Shown here: one piece after another, positions 47,683 through 56,702 of the stretch | Layout: every line of letters starts with the position of its first letter | Numbering within the stretch: the first letter of the stretch is position 1 | Assembly (NCBI GenBank): GCA_045561235.1 | Contig: JBJKYB010000002.1 | Coordinates: 874,942 to 938,941 of the forward strand | Source of the DNA: Gammaproteobacteria bacterium | Lineage (GTDB): Bacteria; Pseudomonadota; Gammaproteobacteria; Poriferisulfidales; GCA-002705445 | Direction: 5' to 3' | Length of the DNA: 64,000 nt | Notes under the pieces: generated by a model | The model's database searches: none | Told to the model about the DNA's origin: nothing | The model's input: the letters and a program-made list of their open reading frames with translations, nothing else | Position numbers and translations under genes: made by a program

Positions 47683-48393
47683 ATGAAATATTCTAACTTG
47701 ACAATTTTTAATAATAATTTTTTAAAAAGATTCTCACATAATAAAAGATTTGATATAGCAATAAATATATTAAAAAATAATTATTTAAAGAATGATTTAA
47801 ATATCTTAGATTACGGAACAGGAAGTGGTGATTTTTTAAAAAAACTTGAACACGATATTCCAAATTTGAAGAATATTTCGGGGTATGAGCCTTTGATAGA
47901 AAGATATAGTGAGGTTTTTGAAAATGTATCAAATTATGAAAATATATTTGTTTATAAGTCTATTAATGAAATTAGACAAAAATTTGACGTAATATTTTGT
48001 ATGGAAGTTTTTGAGCATTTAAATAAAAAATTTTTATTAGAAGCTCTTGATAATATTTCTAATTTACTTTCAAAAAAAGGTGTTTGTATAGTTTCGGTTC
48101 CAATTGAGACTGGTTTTGGTGGTTTTTTAAAAAATATTGTTAGAATTCTAATAGGTGAAACTCATGAGAATGGAACCTTAAAAAACCTTTTTAAGATTTT
48201 GCTTGGAATTAAAATTGAAAGAGATGAAGACGGTGATTACATTTCTTCACACGTGGGTTTTTCTCATTATGAATTAGAGGAATTAATAAAAATAGAAAAA
48301 TTCAGAATAAAAAAGAAATATTATTCTCCTTTCTCATATTTTGGACCCCAATTAAACTCCCAAGTTTTTTTTATAATTGATAAAAAAAATTAA
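47683..48393 (+). CDS. Class I SAM-dependent methyltransferase
   Basis: Motif I LDYGTGSGDF, motif II FDVIFCMEVFEHL; very AT-rich. Confidence 0.75.
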   Translation: MKYSNLTIFNNNFLKRFSHNKRFDIAINILKNNYLKNDLNILDYGTGSGDFLKKLEHDIPNLKNISGYEPLIERYSEVFENVSNYENIFVYKSINEIRQKFDVIFCMEVFEHLNKKFLLEALDNISNLLSKKGVCIVSVPIETGFGGFLKNIVRILIGETHENGTLKNLFKILLGIKIERDEDGDYISSHVGFSHYELEELIKIEKFRIKKKYYSPFSYFGPQLNSQVFFIIDKKN

Positions 48394-48396
48394 TTC

Positions 48397-48945
48397 TTAT
48401 ATTTTGCCATCCAATCCCATTTGATAATATTTATGAACTATACTTTCTTGATTTTCTAGCAACCAATCAATACTAGGTTCATTTTTCATTGCTTTTTGAA
48501 TTGCTTGTGCAGTAGCTTTTCTGTGAATATCAAACAAAATTTTATGATCAAGATTATCGTCGTCGATTACTGATGGATTTAACCATACTGAAACTATAAT
48601 ACCTAAATCATTTGCTTTTTCTTTTGGAATATCCCCATTTCTAACAGCATCAAGAACACCGTTCGCAATAGCTCCTTGAACTGTTCCCATTAATATATTG
48701 GTATATTTTGTATCTTTGACGGTAACCTTGCTCACCATCAAAGTTGCAGGCTTAACCATAATATCTGTATTCATAATTGCTAAAACTCTTGAATGACCTT
48801 TAACTTGATCACCAAGAAGTGTCGCAAATGCTGTTCCAACAGGGCCGTCAAGCTCTCCAATCACTACTTCAGGCTCTGCTGCTGTTCCTGGAGGTCCGCC
48901 AGCAACCAAAGATTCAGCAACCCTCATTACAATTCTATCACTCAT
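48397..48945 (-). CDS. Formaldehyde-activating enzyme (Fae) family protein
   Basis: 182 aa collinear with H4MPT-dependent Fae (VAESLVAGG..., VVIGELDGPVGTAF, KPATLMVSKVTV, GAIANGVLDAVRNGDIP, EPS...); GC clearly above local background. Confidence 0.65.
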   Translation of the reverse strand: MSDRIVMRVAESLVAGGPPGTAAEPEVVIGELDGPVGTAFATLLGDQVKGHSRVLAIMNTDIMVKPATLMVSKVTVKDTKYTNILMGTVQGAIANGVLDAVRNGDIPKEKANDLGIIVSVWLNPSVIDDDNLDHKILFDIHRKATAQAIQKAMKNEPSIDWLLENQESIVHKYYQMGLDGKI

Positions 48946-49042
48946 TTATATACTCCTTGAATATTAATAGATTTAATTTAATACTTATTTAATTTAAGAA
49001 TGCATAATAACAATATAACTTTACTAGTGCCACGAGATATTT

Positions 49043-49495
49043 ATGAATCATGAATTTTATATAAAAGAATGTATTGCGCTTGCAAAAATATCTGAAGAAT
49101 ATGGAGAAATACCAGTTGGAGCTATATTATTGCAAAAAAATAAAATTATCTCTAAGGCTCATAACACCTCAATAAGTCTAAGCGACCCTACGGGCCATGC
49201 AGAAATTAATGCAATAAGAGACGCTTGTAAAAAAATAAAAAATTATAGAATTAAAAATGCTGCTTTATATGTAACTCTTGAACCATGCTTAATGTGTATT
49301 TCTGCAATATGTGAAGCAAGAATAGATCTTGTGGTTTTTGGGGCATATACAAACGACGAAAAAAATTTTTATAAAAAATTTGATTTTATTACAAAAGAAT
49401 TTAGATTTAATCACAAGCCAAAGTTTATTGGGGGTATTTTAGAAAATGAATGCTCAATTCTTATGAAAGATTTCTTTAAAGCTAAGAGAGGCTAG
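49043..49495 (+). CDS. tadA: tRNA-specific adenosine deaminase TadA
   Basis: CMP/dCMP deaminase zinc motifs HAEINA and PCLMCISA; adjacent to a lytic transglycosylase as in E. coli (tadA-mltF). Confidence 0.88.
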   Translation: MNHEFYIKECIALAKISEEYGEIPVGAILLQKNKIISKAHNTSISLSDPTGHAEINAIRDACKKIKNYRIKNAALYVTLEPCLMCISAICEARIDLVVFGAYTNDEKNFYKKFDFITKEFRFNHKPKFIGGILENECSILMKDFFKAKRG

Positions 49496-50323
49496 ATAGG
49501 TTTTTTTATCTTCATGGATAATATTTAGATAAGCTTGAATTCTCTTGACATAATTCACAGGTTCCTTTCCTCTGGCATAGCCATATTTTGTATTTTTATA
49601 AAATTTTTTCAGTCTTAACAGCGGCAGATGTTTTTTAACGTCGGACCAATAATTTGGATTATGCCCAAATCTCTCTGTAATTATTCTTGCATCTTCCAGA
49701 TGACCTAAACCAACATTATAAGCTGCCAAAGTCATCCATATTCGGTCTGAGCCAACAACAGACTTGGGAAGTCTTTTAAAAATATTTTCTAAATATTTTA
49801 CTCCTCCAAATACACTTTGATTTGGATCTAATCTATCCTTTATCCCTATATAACTTGCAGTATCTTTAGTTAACATCATAAGACCTTTAACTTTTGTTTT
49901 TGAAACTGCTTTATGATTCCAATGAGATTCTTGATAAGAAATTGCAGCTATTAGTTCCCATGAAAAAATTGAATTTCTAGTATGTTTTTTAAAATACCCA
50001 ATATACTTAGGTAATCTTTTATCTATTTTTTTAATAAATATTTTCTTTTCAACTTGGTTTAAATTATTATCTTCATTGATAGAAAGATATATGTCTTTTT
50101 TAATTAAACATCTTTGTTCGCTAGTTGACAAAGGAGCTTCAATATTTTTAAAAGTATGGTTGCCAGTAAAACCAAAGGTACAAATTATTGGTAGAATATA
50201 AAGATTTATATATTTGTTTGAAATACTCTGTTTTTTGAATTTCCAAGTATTGATATATTTCACCCTTTTCCCTAGTACTTGGAACAATATTTTAACACTA
50301 CATATTGTGTTTTTCAAATGCAT
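49454..50323 (-). CDS. Lytic murein transglycosylase, SLT domain only (MltF-like C-terminal module with N-terminal signal anchor)
   Basis: ISYQESHWNHKAVSKTKVKGLMMLT (ES...GLMQ-type SLT motif), AAYNVG; no periplasmic binding-protein domain; 3' end overlaps tadA 3' end by ~40 nt. Confidence 0.75.
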   Translation of the reverse strand: MHLKNTICSVKILFQVLGKRVKYINTWKFKKQSISNKYINLYILPIICTFGFTGNHTFKNIEAPLSTSEQRCLIKKDIYLSINEDNNLNQVEKKIFIKKIDKRLPKYIGYFKKHTRNSIFSWELIAAISYQESHWNHKAVSKTKVKGLMMLTKDTASYIGIKDRLDPNQSVFGGVKYLENIFKRLPKSVVGSDRIWMTLAAYNVGLGHLEDARIITERFGHNPNYWSDVKKHLPLLRLKKFYKNTKYGYARGKEPVNYVKRIQAYLNIIHEDKKTYLASLSFKEIFHKN

Positions 50324-50518
50324 AACTAAACAATTATATTCTTATATATATTTAATATGTATTGATTTTTAGCATTAATTCCTTGTAAGAAAGGCAGCAT
50401 TGGTGTACTTTACAGATCTTGATTGTTTTTAAATTTCATAGAATTTAAAATAATAATAAAAACGAATAAATCGTTATCAATCAAAAACTTAAGAATATTT
50501 GGAGAAAATAAAGTATAA

Positions 50519-52330
50519 ATGGCTACTATTCCAGGTTTAGTGCTTTCGCATAATCAAAAGCATCCCGATGGCATTGCCCTAAGATACAAACAATTAGGCA
50601 TATGGAATTCATATAATTGGGCTGATTATTATCGCGAAGTGAACTTAATAGCAAATGCTTTAAAGTCTCTTTCTATTAAAAAAGGCAGTATAATTGCGGT
50701 TTATGGAAACAATGTTCCCAAACTTATTTTTTCTATCGCTGCAATTCAATCTTTAGGCGCTATTGTGGTTCCTATTCATCCGGAATCAACAGGGGAAGAA
50801 TTAGAAAAAATCCTAGCAGGTTCAAAAGCAGAAATTTTAATAGCTGAAGACCAACAACAGGTTGATACATTTTTAGATATAAAGTCTGATTGCGAAATTA
50901 AAAGTCTTATTTATTTAGATGGAAGAGGAATGTCTAAATACTCAAATGACATATTGTTTTCATATGATAATCTTATAGAAAAATCAAATGAATCAAGTAT
51001 AGAAAATGATATAAACTCTATTAGTGAAAATGATATTGCTTTTTATCTTTATGATGAATATGAAGATTCAATTTATAAAGTTTCTCACGCGGCAATAATT
51101 AATAATAGCTCGAAAATCATCACTTTAAATAATTTGACAGAAAAAGACTCTATTGTTTCCTTTCTGCCGTTGTCAATACCAACAAATTTACTATTTACAT
51201 TTGTTACTTCCTTGACAAGCGGAATGTCGTTAAATTTACCTGAAAGTAACCAAACTATAGAAAAAGATTTGCAAGAAATAGGCCCAACAATATTATATGC
51301 ACCTTCTTTTGTATATAAACATATTATTACATCAATAAGTTACAGAATAGAATCTGCAACACAATCTAACTATGATAGATATATGAAACATTATGAAATA
51401 TTAATGGATACTTATAATAAAGAAGTAAGTGGGGAAAATTCAACACTGGATAAAATAAAAAAAATGTGGGTTATGCTTACAACGTTTGCTCCAGCCAAGA
51501 ACGTATTTGGCTTAACAAATATAAAGCATGCCTTTGTAAGTGATGGGGTTCTATCAAAAGTAAACTTCGACTTCTTTCATGCGATAGGTGTTGAGATACA
51601 ACATTCTTTTGGACAAGCTTCATCCTGTGGATGTATTTCCGTCCAACCAGATCATTCTGTTTCTTCAGAAAATGTTGGTTCGGCGATGGCAGGTAATGAA
51701 ATTATGATCAATGACAATTCAGAAGTTTGTTTTAAATCAGACTGCTTAGCAGAACTGTTAAATGGTGAAGCAAGTTCCCAAGATGGGTGGGTGAACTCTG
51801 GTTTCATTGGTAGCCTTGACGATTCAAAAAATATTGTAATTAGTGGAAGAACCGAAGATGTAATTTCCTTAAAATCTGGTAAACAATTTTCACCTGAAAG
51901 TATAGAAAATTTAATTTCTTGTTCACCATTTGTGAAATCTGCAGTAGTTGTCGGAAACAATCAAGAATCGAACTCTGCAATCGTTGTAATAGATCCAAAT
52001 TCAGTAAACTCATGGGCTGATAGAAAAAATATTAGATATACCGGTTATACTGAATTAGCTGGTAAAGACGAAGTTAGAGAGCTAATAAAAGAACATATTT
52101 GTTGTGTAAATGAAACTCTCGACTCAGAGCTTAAAGTAAAAAAGTTTGTTATATTACATAGAACATTTGTAATGTCGCAAGGAGAAGTTTCAAAAACTAT
52201 GGAAGTTATGAGGAAAAATATAGAGGTAAATTTAAAGGATGTTTACCAAGCAATTGATTCTAAAAAAGATAGCTTCGAAGTAAATGATATTGATCAGTTA
52301 TCTTATGAACTTAGTTTTAATAAAATATAA
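50519..52330 (+). CDS. Adenylate-forming (AMP-binding/acyl-CoA synthetase-like) superfamily protein with degenerate core motifs
   Basis: Overall ANL-fold collinearity and length (603 aa), but P-loop TSGTTGxPKG position reads YDEYEDSIYK, YGxTE reads SFGQAS, TGD reads SGF; first gene of Liv-type ABC cluster. Confidence 0.6.
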   Translation: MATIPGLVLSHNQKHPDGIALRYKQLGIWNSYNWADYYREVNLIANALKSLSIKKGSIIAVYGNNVPKLIFSIAAIQSLGAIVVPIHPESTGEELEKILAGSKAEILIAEDQQQVDTFLDIKSDCEIKSLIYLDGRGMSKYSNDILFSYDNLIEKSNESSIENDINSISENDIAFYLYDEYEDSIYKVSHAAIINNSSKIITLNNLTEKDSIVSFLPLSIPTNLLFTFVTSLTSGMSLNLPESNQTIEKDLQEIGPTILYAPSFVYKHIITSISYRIESATQSNYDRYMKHYEILMDTYNKEVSGENSTLDKIKKMWVMLTTFAPAKNVFGLTNIKHAFVSDGVLSKVNFDFFHAIGVEIQHSFGQASSCGCISVQPDHSVSSENVGSAMAGNEIMINDNSEVCFKSDCLAELLNGEASSQDGWVNSGFIGSLDDSKNIVISGRTEDVISLKSGKQFSPESIENLISCSPFVKSAVVVGNNQESNSAIVVIDPNSVNSWADRKNIRYTGYTELAGKDEVRELIKEHICCVNETLDSELKVKKFVILHRTFVMSQGEVSKTMEVMRKNIEVNLKDVYQAIDSKKDSFEVNDIDQLSYELSFNKI

Positions 52331-52354
52331 ATTTTAATTTAAAAAGAGAATAGA

Positions 52355-53122
52355 ATGTCAGATATCTTAAAAGTAGAAAACGTAACACTTCAATTTGGTG
52401 GTGTAAAAGCAATTACTGATATTAGTTTTAATGTTAAGGAAGGTGAGATTTGTGCTGTAATTGGCCCTAATGGAGCCGGAAAAAGCTCAATGTTAAATGT
52501 TATTAATGGTGTATATCTTCCACAAATAGGAACAGTTACTTATGACGGTGTTGAGAGAAGATCTATTAATCCAAGAGATGCTGCAATTGCAGGCATGGCA
52601 AGAACATTCCAAAACATTGCGTTATTCCAAGGTATGACTGTTTTAGAAAATATTATGACAGGTAGGAATTTATTTATGAAATCGTCTTGGTTAGAACAAG
52701 GTTTAAATATCGGTAGAGCTAGACAAGAAGAAAAAGTAAATAGACTTGCAGTTGAAAAGGTAATAAAATTTTTACAAATTGAGTCTATTAGAAAAACTCC
52801 AGTAGCAAAATTACCATACGGTCTTCAAAAAAGAGTTGAGTTAGGAAGAGCATTAGTTGCAGAACCTAAGATTTTATTGCTCGATGAGCCTATGGCGGGA
52901 ATGAACTTAGAAGAAAAAGCGGATATGTCTTGTTTTATTTTGGAGATAAATAAAGAACAAGGAATTACAACTGTTATGATTGAGCATGATATGGGAGTGG
53001 TAATGGATATTTCTGATCATGTGGTAGTATTGGATTATGGAAAAAAAATAGGTGATGGTTCACCAAAAGAAGTTATGGCGAACCAAGATGTTATTGATGC
53101 ATATCTTGGAGTCAGTCACTAA
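52355..53122 (+). CDS. ABC transporter ATP-binding protein, LivG-like
   Basis: Walker A GPNGAGKSS, signature/Walker B LLLDEPMAGMN, H-loop; LivG-like C-terminal extension. Confidence 0.88.
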   Translation: MSDILKVENVTLQFGGVKAITDISFNVKEGEICAVIGPNGAGKSSMLNVINGVYLPQIGTVTYDGVERRSINPRDAAIAGMARTFQNIALFQGMTVLENIMTGRNLFMKSSWLEQGLNIGRARQEEKVNRLAVEKVIKFLQIESIRKTPVAKLPYGLQKRVELGRALVAEPKILLLDEPMAGMNLEEKADMSCFILEINKEQGITTVMIEHDMGVVMDISDHVVVLDYGKKIGDGSPKEVMANQDVIDAYLGVSH

Positions 53123-53137
53123 ATAGGGGTAATAAAA

Positions 53138-54067
53138 ATGGATTGGGTTTATTTGATAGAAGTGTTAGTAGGCGGATTAATGTCAGGAGTAATGTACTCT
53201 CTTGTAGCCATTGGTTTTGTGTTAATTTATAAATCATCAGGCATATTTAATTTCGCCCAAGGAACTATGCTTTTATTCGCCTCTTTAACTTTTGTTAAAA
53301 TGACGGAGAATGGAATAGATTTTTGGACTGCATTATTTATAGCAGCAGGCATAATGGTTATATTTGGTGTTGCAACCGAACGGTATGTAATAAGACCATT
53401 AGCAAACCAGGATCTTCTTGCTTTATTCATGGCAACAGTTGGTTTGGCTACTTTCCAAGAGGGCTTTTCTCAATTCATTTGGGATTCAGACGTTCACGGA
53501 CTGCAAATGAGCAAATTCCTTGATATAGGTTTACTTGACCCAGCGCCAATATTTATGTCAGATCATATTCCCTGGCTGGACATTTTAATTCCAAAATTTG
53601 ATATCTTTGCATCATTAGTTGCTGGATCACTTATTGTAGTTTTAGCATTCTTCTTTCAAAAAACTAAGACAGGGCTATCTTTAAGAGCGGTGTCAGACGA
53701 TCATATGGCTGCAATGGCAGTCGGTATTCCTTTACAAACAGTTTGGGCTGTGGTCTGGGCTGTTACAGGTGTTATTGCATTAGTTGCTGGTTTATTATGG
53801 GCTGAAAGAGTGAGTGTTTCATTTACGTTAATTGAAGCGGTAATGAAAGCATTGCCAGTTATTTTAATTGGCGGATTGACTTCTATTCCTGGTGCTATTA
53901 TTGGTGGATTAGTAATTGGTGTTGGTGAAAAATTAGGTGAAATCTATTTAGCTGATGTATTTGGGGGACAAGGAATAGAATTATGGTTTGCCTACTTTAT
54001 GGCATTAATATTCCTTGTATTTAGACCTCAGGGTATGTTTGGCGAAAAATTAATTGAAAGGGTATAA
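53138..54067 (+). CDS. ABC transporter permease, LivH-like
   Basis: Branched-chain amino acid permease family topology and motifs (NFAQGTMLLF, IPGAIIGG). Confidence 0.85.
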   Translation: MDWVYLIEVLVGGLMSGVMYSLVAIGFVLIYKSSGIFNFAQGTMLLFASLTFVKMTENGIDFWTALFIAAGIMVIFGVATERYVIRPLANQDLLALFMATVGLATFQEGFSQFIWDSDVHGLQMSKFLDIGLLDPAPIFMSDHIPWLDILIPKFDIFASLVAGSLIVVLAFFFQKTKTGLSLRAVSDDHMAAMAVGIPLQTVWAVVWAVTGVIALVAGLLWAERVSVSFTLIEAVMKALPVILIGGLTSIPGAIIGGLVIGVGEKLGEIYLADVFGGQGIELWFAYFMALIFLVFRPQGMFGEKLIERV

Positions 54068-54071
54068 ATAA

Positions 54072-55166
54072 ATGATATATAGAGAAACTGGAAATTTTGT
54101 AACTAACTACTTTAAAGATAGAGAAATTTTTCCAATGAAATTTGATAAAGTTGTAGTAGTGTTAGGATTACTATTTCTTTTTTTATATGTACCAACAACA
54201 TCAGAATATGTTCTAAGTGCCCATGTTATTCCAATTTTGGCTGTAGGGTTAGCAACAGTTGGTCTTAATATATTAACAGGACTAACAGGACAACTTTCAC
54301 TGGGAACTGCTGGATTTATGTGCGTAGGAGCATTTGGTACTTATAATCTTATGTTGAGAATGCCTGAAGAATTAATGTCTTTACCTTTTGCTTTGCTTCT
54401 TTCTGGTATATTTGCAGGATTGGTAGGTATTATTTTTGGTTTACCGGCTATTAGAATTAAAGGTTTTTACTTATTAGTATCTACGTTGGCAGCTCAATAT
54501 TTTGTATGGTGGTTTTTTAATTCGTACGCGTGGTTTTTAAATTACGAATCCTCAGGAGTAGTAGCTATTGCGCCAAAATTTTATGACTATTGGGGTTTAG
54601 GCGATCTGCTAGGTGTAGACATGCAAGGTTACCCAGCAAGGTATCTATTAGCTTTAACTATTTGTATAGGATTGACTTATTTTGCGAAGAACTTATTGAG
54701 AAGTAATACGGGCAGAAACTTTATGTCTGTTCGTGATAGAGATATTGCTGCCAGTGTTATGGGGATTAGCGTTCCAAGAACAAAGCTATTGGCATTCTTT
54801 GTTAGTTGTTTTTACTGTGGTGTTGCTGGCGGTATTTATTCGTTTTTATATATTGGTAATGTTGATTTAATGATTTACGAAATTGATCGTTCTTTCACAA
54901 TACTATTTATGTTAATTATTGGGGGATTGGGGTCTATCTCGGGTTCGTGGTTAGGAGCAATTTTTGTATATGAATTCCCAATTGTATTTACTTGGATAGG
55001 TGATTTTATTTTCCAAGGTGCCTTTAACACAGCTGTTGTAGAAAATGTATCAAATATGGTTTATGGTATATTTATAATTGCATTATTAATTAGGGAACCA
55101 GGTGGATTTGCGGCTTTATGGGGAACTACAAAACAAAAATTAAGAATGTGGCCATACCCACATTAA
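54072..55166 (+). CDS. ABC transporter permease, LivM-like
   Basis: LTGLTGQLSLGTAGFMCVGAFGTY motif typical of LivM permeases. Confidence 0.85.
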   Translation: MIYRETGNFVTNYFKDREIFPMKFDKVVVVLGLLFLFLYVPTTSEYVLSAHVIPILAVGLATVGLNILTGLTGQLSLGTAGFMCVGAFGTYNLMLRMPEELMSLPFALLLSGIFAGLVGIIFGLPAIRIKGFYLLVSTLAAQYFVWWFFNSYAWFLNYESSGVVAIAPKFYDYWGLGDLLGVDMQGYPARYLLALTICIGLTYFAKNLLRSNTGRNFMSVRDRDIAASVMGISVPRTKLLAFFVSCFYCGVAGGIYSFLYIGNVDLMIYEIDRSFTILFMLIIGGLGSISGSWLGAIFVYEFPIVFTWIGDFIFQGAFNTAVVENVSNMVYGIFIIALLIREPGGFAALWGTTKQKLRMWPYPH

Positions 55167-55982
55167 TTGAAAGAGGAAAAAATGTCTGAATCTTTGCTAA
55201 AAGTAAATAACATAGAAGTTGTATATAATCATGTAATTTTAGCATTACGTGGAGTTACACTTGATGTTGAAGAAGGAAAAGTGGTTTCTTTATTAGGTGC
55301 TAACGGCTCTGGAAAAACAACAACATTAAAAGCTTGTTCAAATCTGTTGCACGCCGAGCGGGGAGCAATAACAAAAGGTTCAATAGAGTATCAAGGAAAT
55401 GACATCGCAACATCCGACGCTTATAACCTTGTGAAAGACGGAGTAGTGCAGGTTCTTGAAGGTAGACATTGTTTTGCACACCTGACAGTTGAAGAAAATA
55501 TAATGACTGGCTCTTTCATCAGAGAAAATTCAAAAGAAGCAAAGCAAGATCTTGAGAGAGTTTATGATCATTTTGAAAGAATTAGGATAAGAAAAAAGAG
55601 TTTAGCTGGATTTACTTCTGGTGGTGAGCAGCAAATGATTGCGATGGGTAGAGCTCTAATGTCTAGACCAAAATTAATTTTATTAGACGAGCCCTCAATG
55701 GGTTTAGCTCCTCAGTTAGTAGAGGAAATATTTGCAATAGTAAAAAACTTAAATAAAGAAGGTGTAAGTTTCTTGATAGCAGAGCAGAATGCTATGGTAG
55801 CTCTTAAATATGCAGACGATGGTTATATAATTGAGAATGGAAGAGTAATTCTTAAAGGAAAAGCCCAAGAATTATTAGAAAGACCTGATGTAAAAGAAAT
55901 GTATTTAGGTGTTGGTGCTGAGGGTCAAACAAGTTTTAGGGATATCAAGTATTACCATAGAAGAAAACCATCATTTAGTTAA
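55167..55982 (+). CDS. ABC transporter ATP-binding protein, LivF-like
   Basis: Walker A GANGSGKTT, LSGGEQQM signature, ILLDEPSMGLAP. Confidence 0.88.
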   Translation: MKEEKMSESLLKVNNIEVVYNHVILALRGVTLDVEEGKVVSLLGANGSGKTTTLKACSNLLHAERGAITKGSIEYQGNDIATSDAYNLVKDGVVQVLEGRHCFAHLTVEENIMTGSFIRENSKEAKQDLERVYDHFERIRIRKKSLAGFTSGGEQQMIAMGRALMSRPKLILLDEPSMGLAPQLVEEIFAIVKNLNKEGVSFLIAEQNAMVALKYADDGYIIENGRVILKGKAQELLERPDVKEMYLGVGAEGQTSFRDIKYYHRRKPSFS

Positions 55983-56471
55983 GTCTAACTCTGTTTTACT
56001 TATAATTATCCCATCTGAGTCGGCATAAATATAATCACCAGGTTTAAATGTTACTCCCATAAACTTTACATCGATATTTTCTTCACCAATTCCTTTTTTA
56101 ACGCTTTTCACAGGTTTTGTACTTAGGGCTAATACTCCTATATCTATATTTGCAATTACATCAGAATCTCTAATACAACCATTAACAATAATTCCTGACC
56201 AATTATTTTTAAAAGCAGCTTCAGCTAATATATCTCCTAACAAGGCACATTCCATTGATGCATTTCCATCAACAACAAGTACTTTGTTTAAGCCATCTGA
56301 ATTTACAGCTTCTCTTACTTTTGAATTATCATTAAGACATTTTATTGTACTAATCTTGCCGAAAAAAGACTCTTTTTTACCATAACTATTAAATTGTTGA
56401 TGCATGATTATAAGATCATCACTATAAAGATCGCACAAATCAGCTGTTTTAAAATTTTTGTTTTTTTCCAT
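55971..56471 (-). CDS. rraA: RraA family protein (regulator of RNase E activity A / oxaloacetate decarboxylase-type); start at internal ATG 56471 (ORF track extends to 56555)
   Basis: ADLCDLY...LVVDGNASMECALLGDILAEAAFKNNWSGIIVNGCIRD...FMGVTFKPGDYIYADSDGIIIS collinear with E. coli RraA. Confidence 0.85.
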   Translation of the reverse strand: MEKNKNFKTADLCDLYSDDLIIMHQQFNSYGKKESFFGKISTIKCLNDNSKVREAVNSDGLNKVLVVDGNASMECALLGDILAEAAFKNNWSGIIVNGCIRDSDVIANIDIGVLALSTKPVKSVKKGIGEENIDVKFMGVTFKPGDYIYADSDGIIISKTELDLTK

Positions 56472-56702
56472 GTAAATTAATAATTTATGATATTTTTTTA
56501 GAAAATAATTTAAATATAGATTGTAAATTTTATCATTATATAAAATTTTTATCAAAGATATTGAAATAGTTGGGGACTAAAGGGAAATAAATTGCTAATA
56601 TACGCACCCTAAATGACTCTATATTTTCAAGAATATTCAGTACAACAACTATAATAAAAGAATTAATTAAATTATTATTTCTAAATACATCAGGAGACTA
56701 AG

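Noticed and set aside
56472-56555. 28-codon 5' extension of rraA in the ORF track
   Set aside because: RraA homology starts at the internal Met (MEKNKNFKTADLCDLY...). The extension is Tyr/Asn/Lys-rich junk in the AT-rich aceA-rraA control region.
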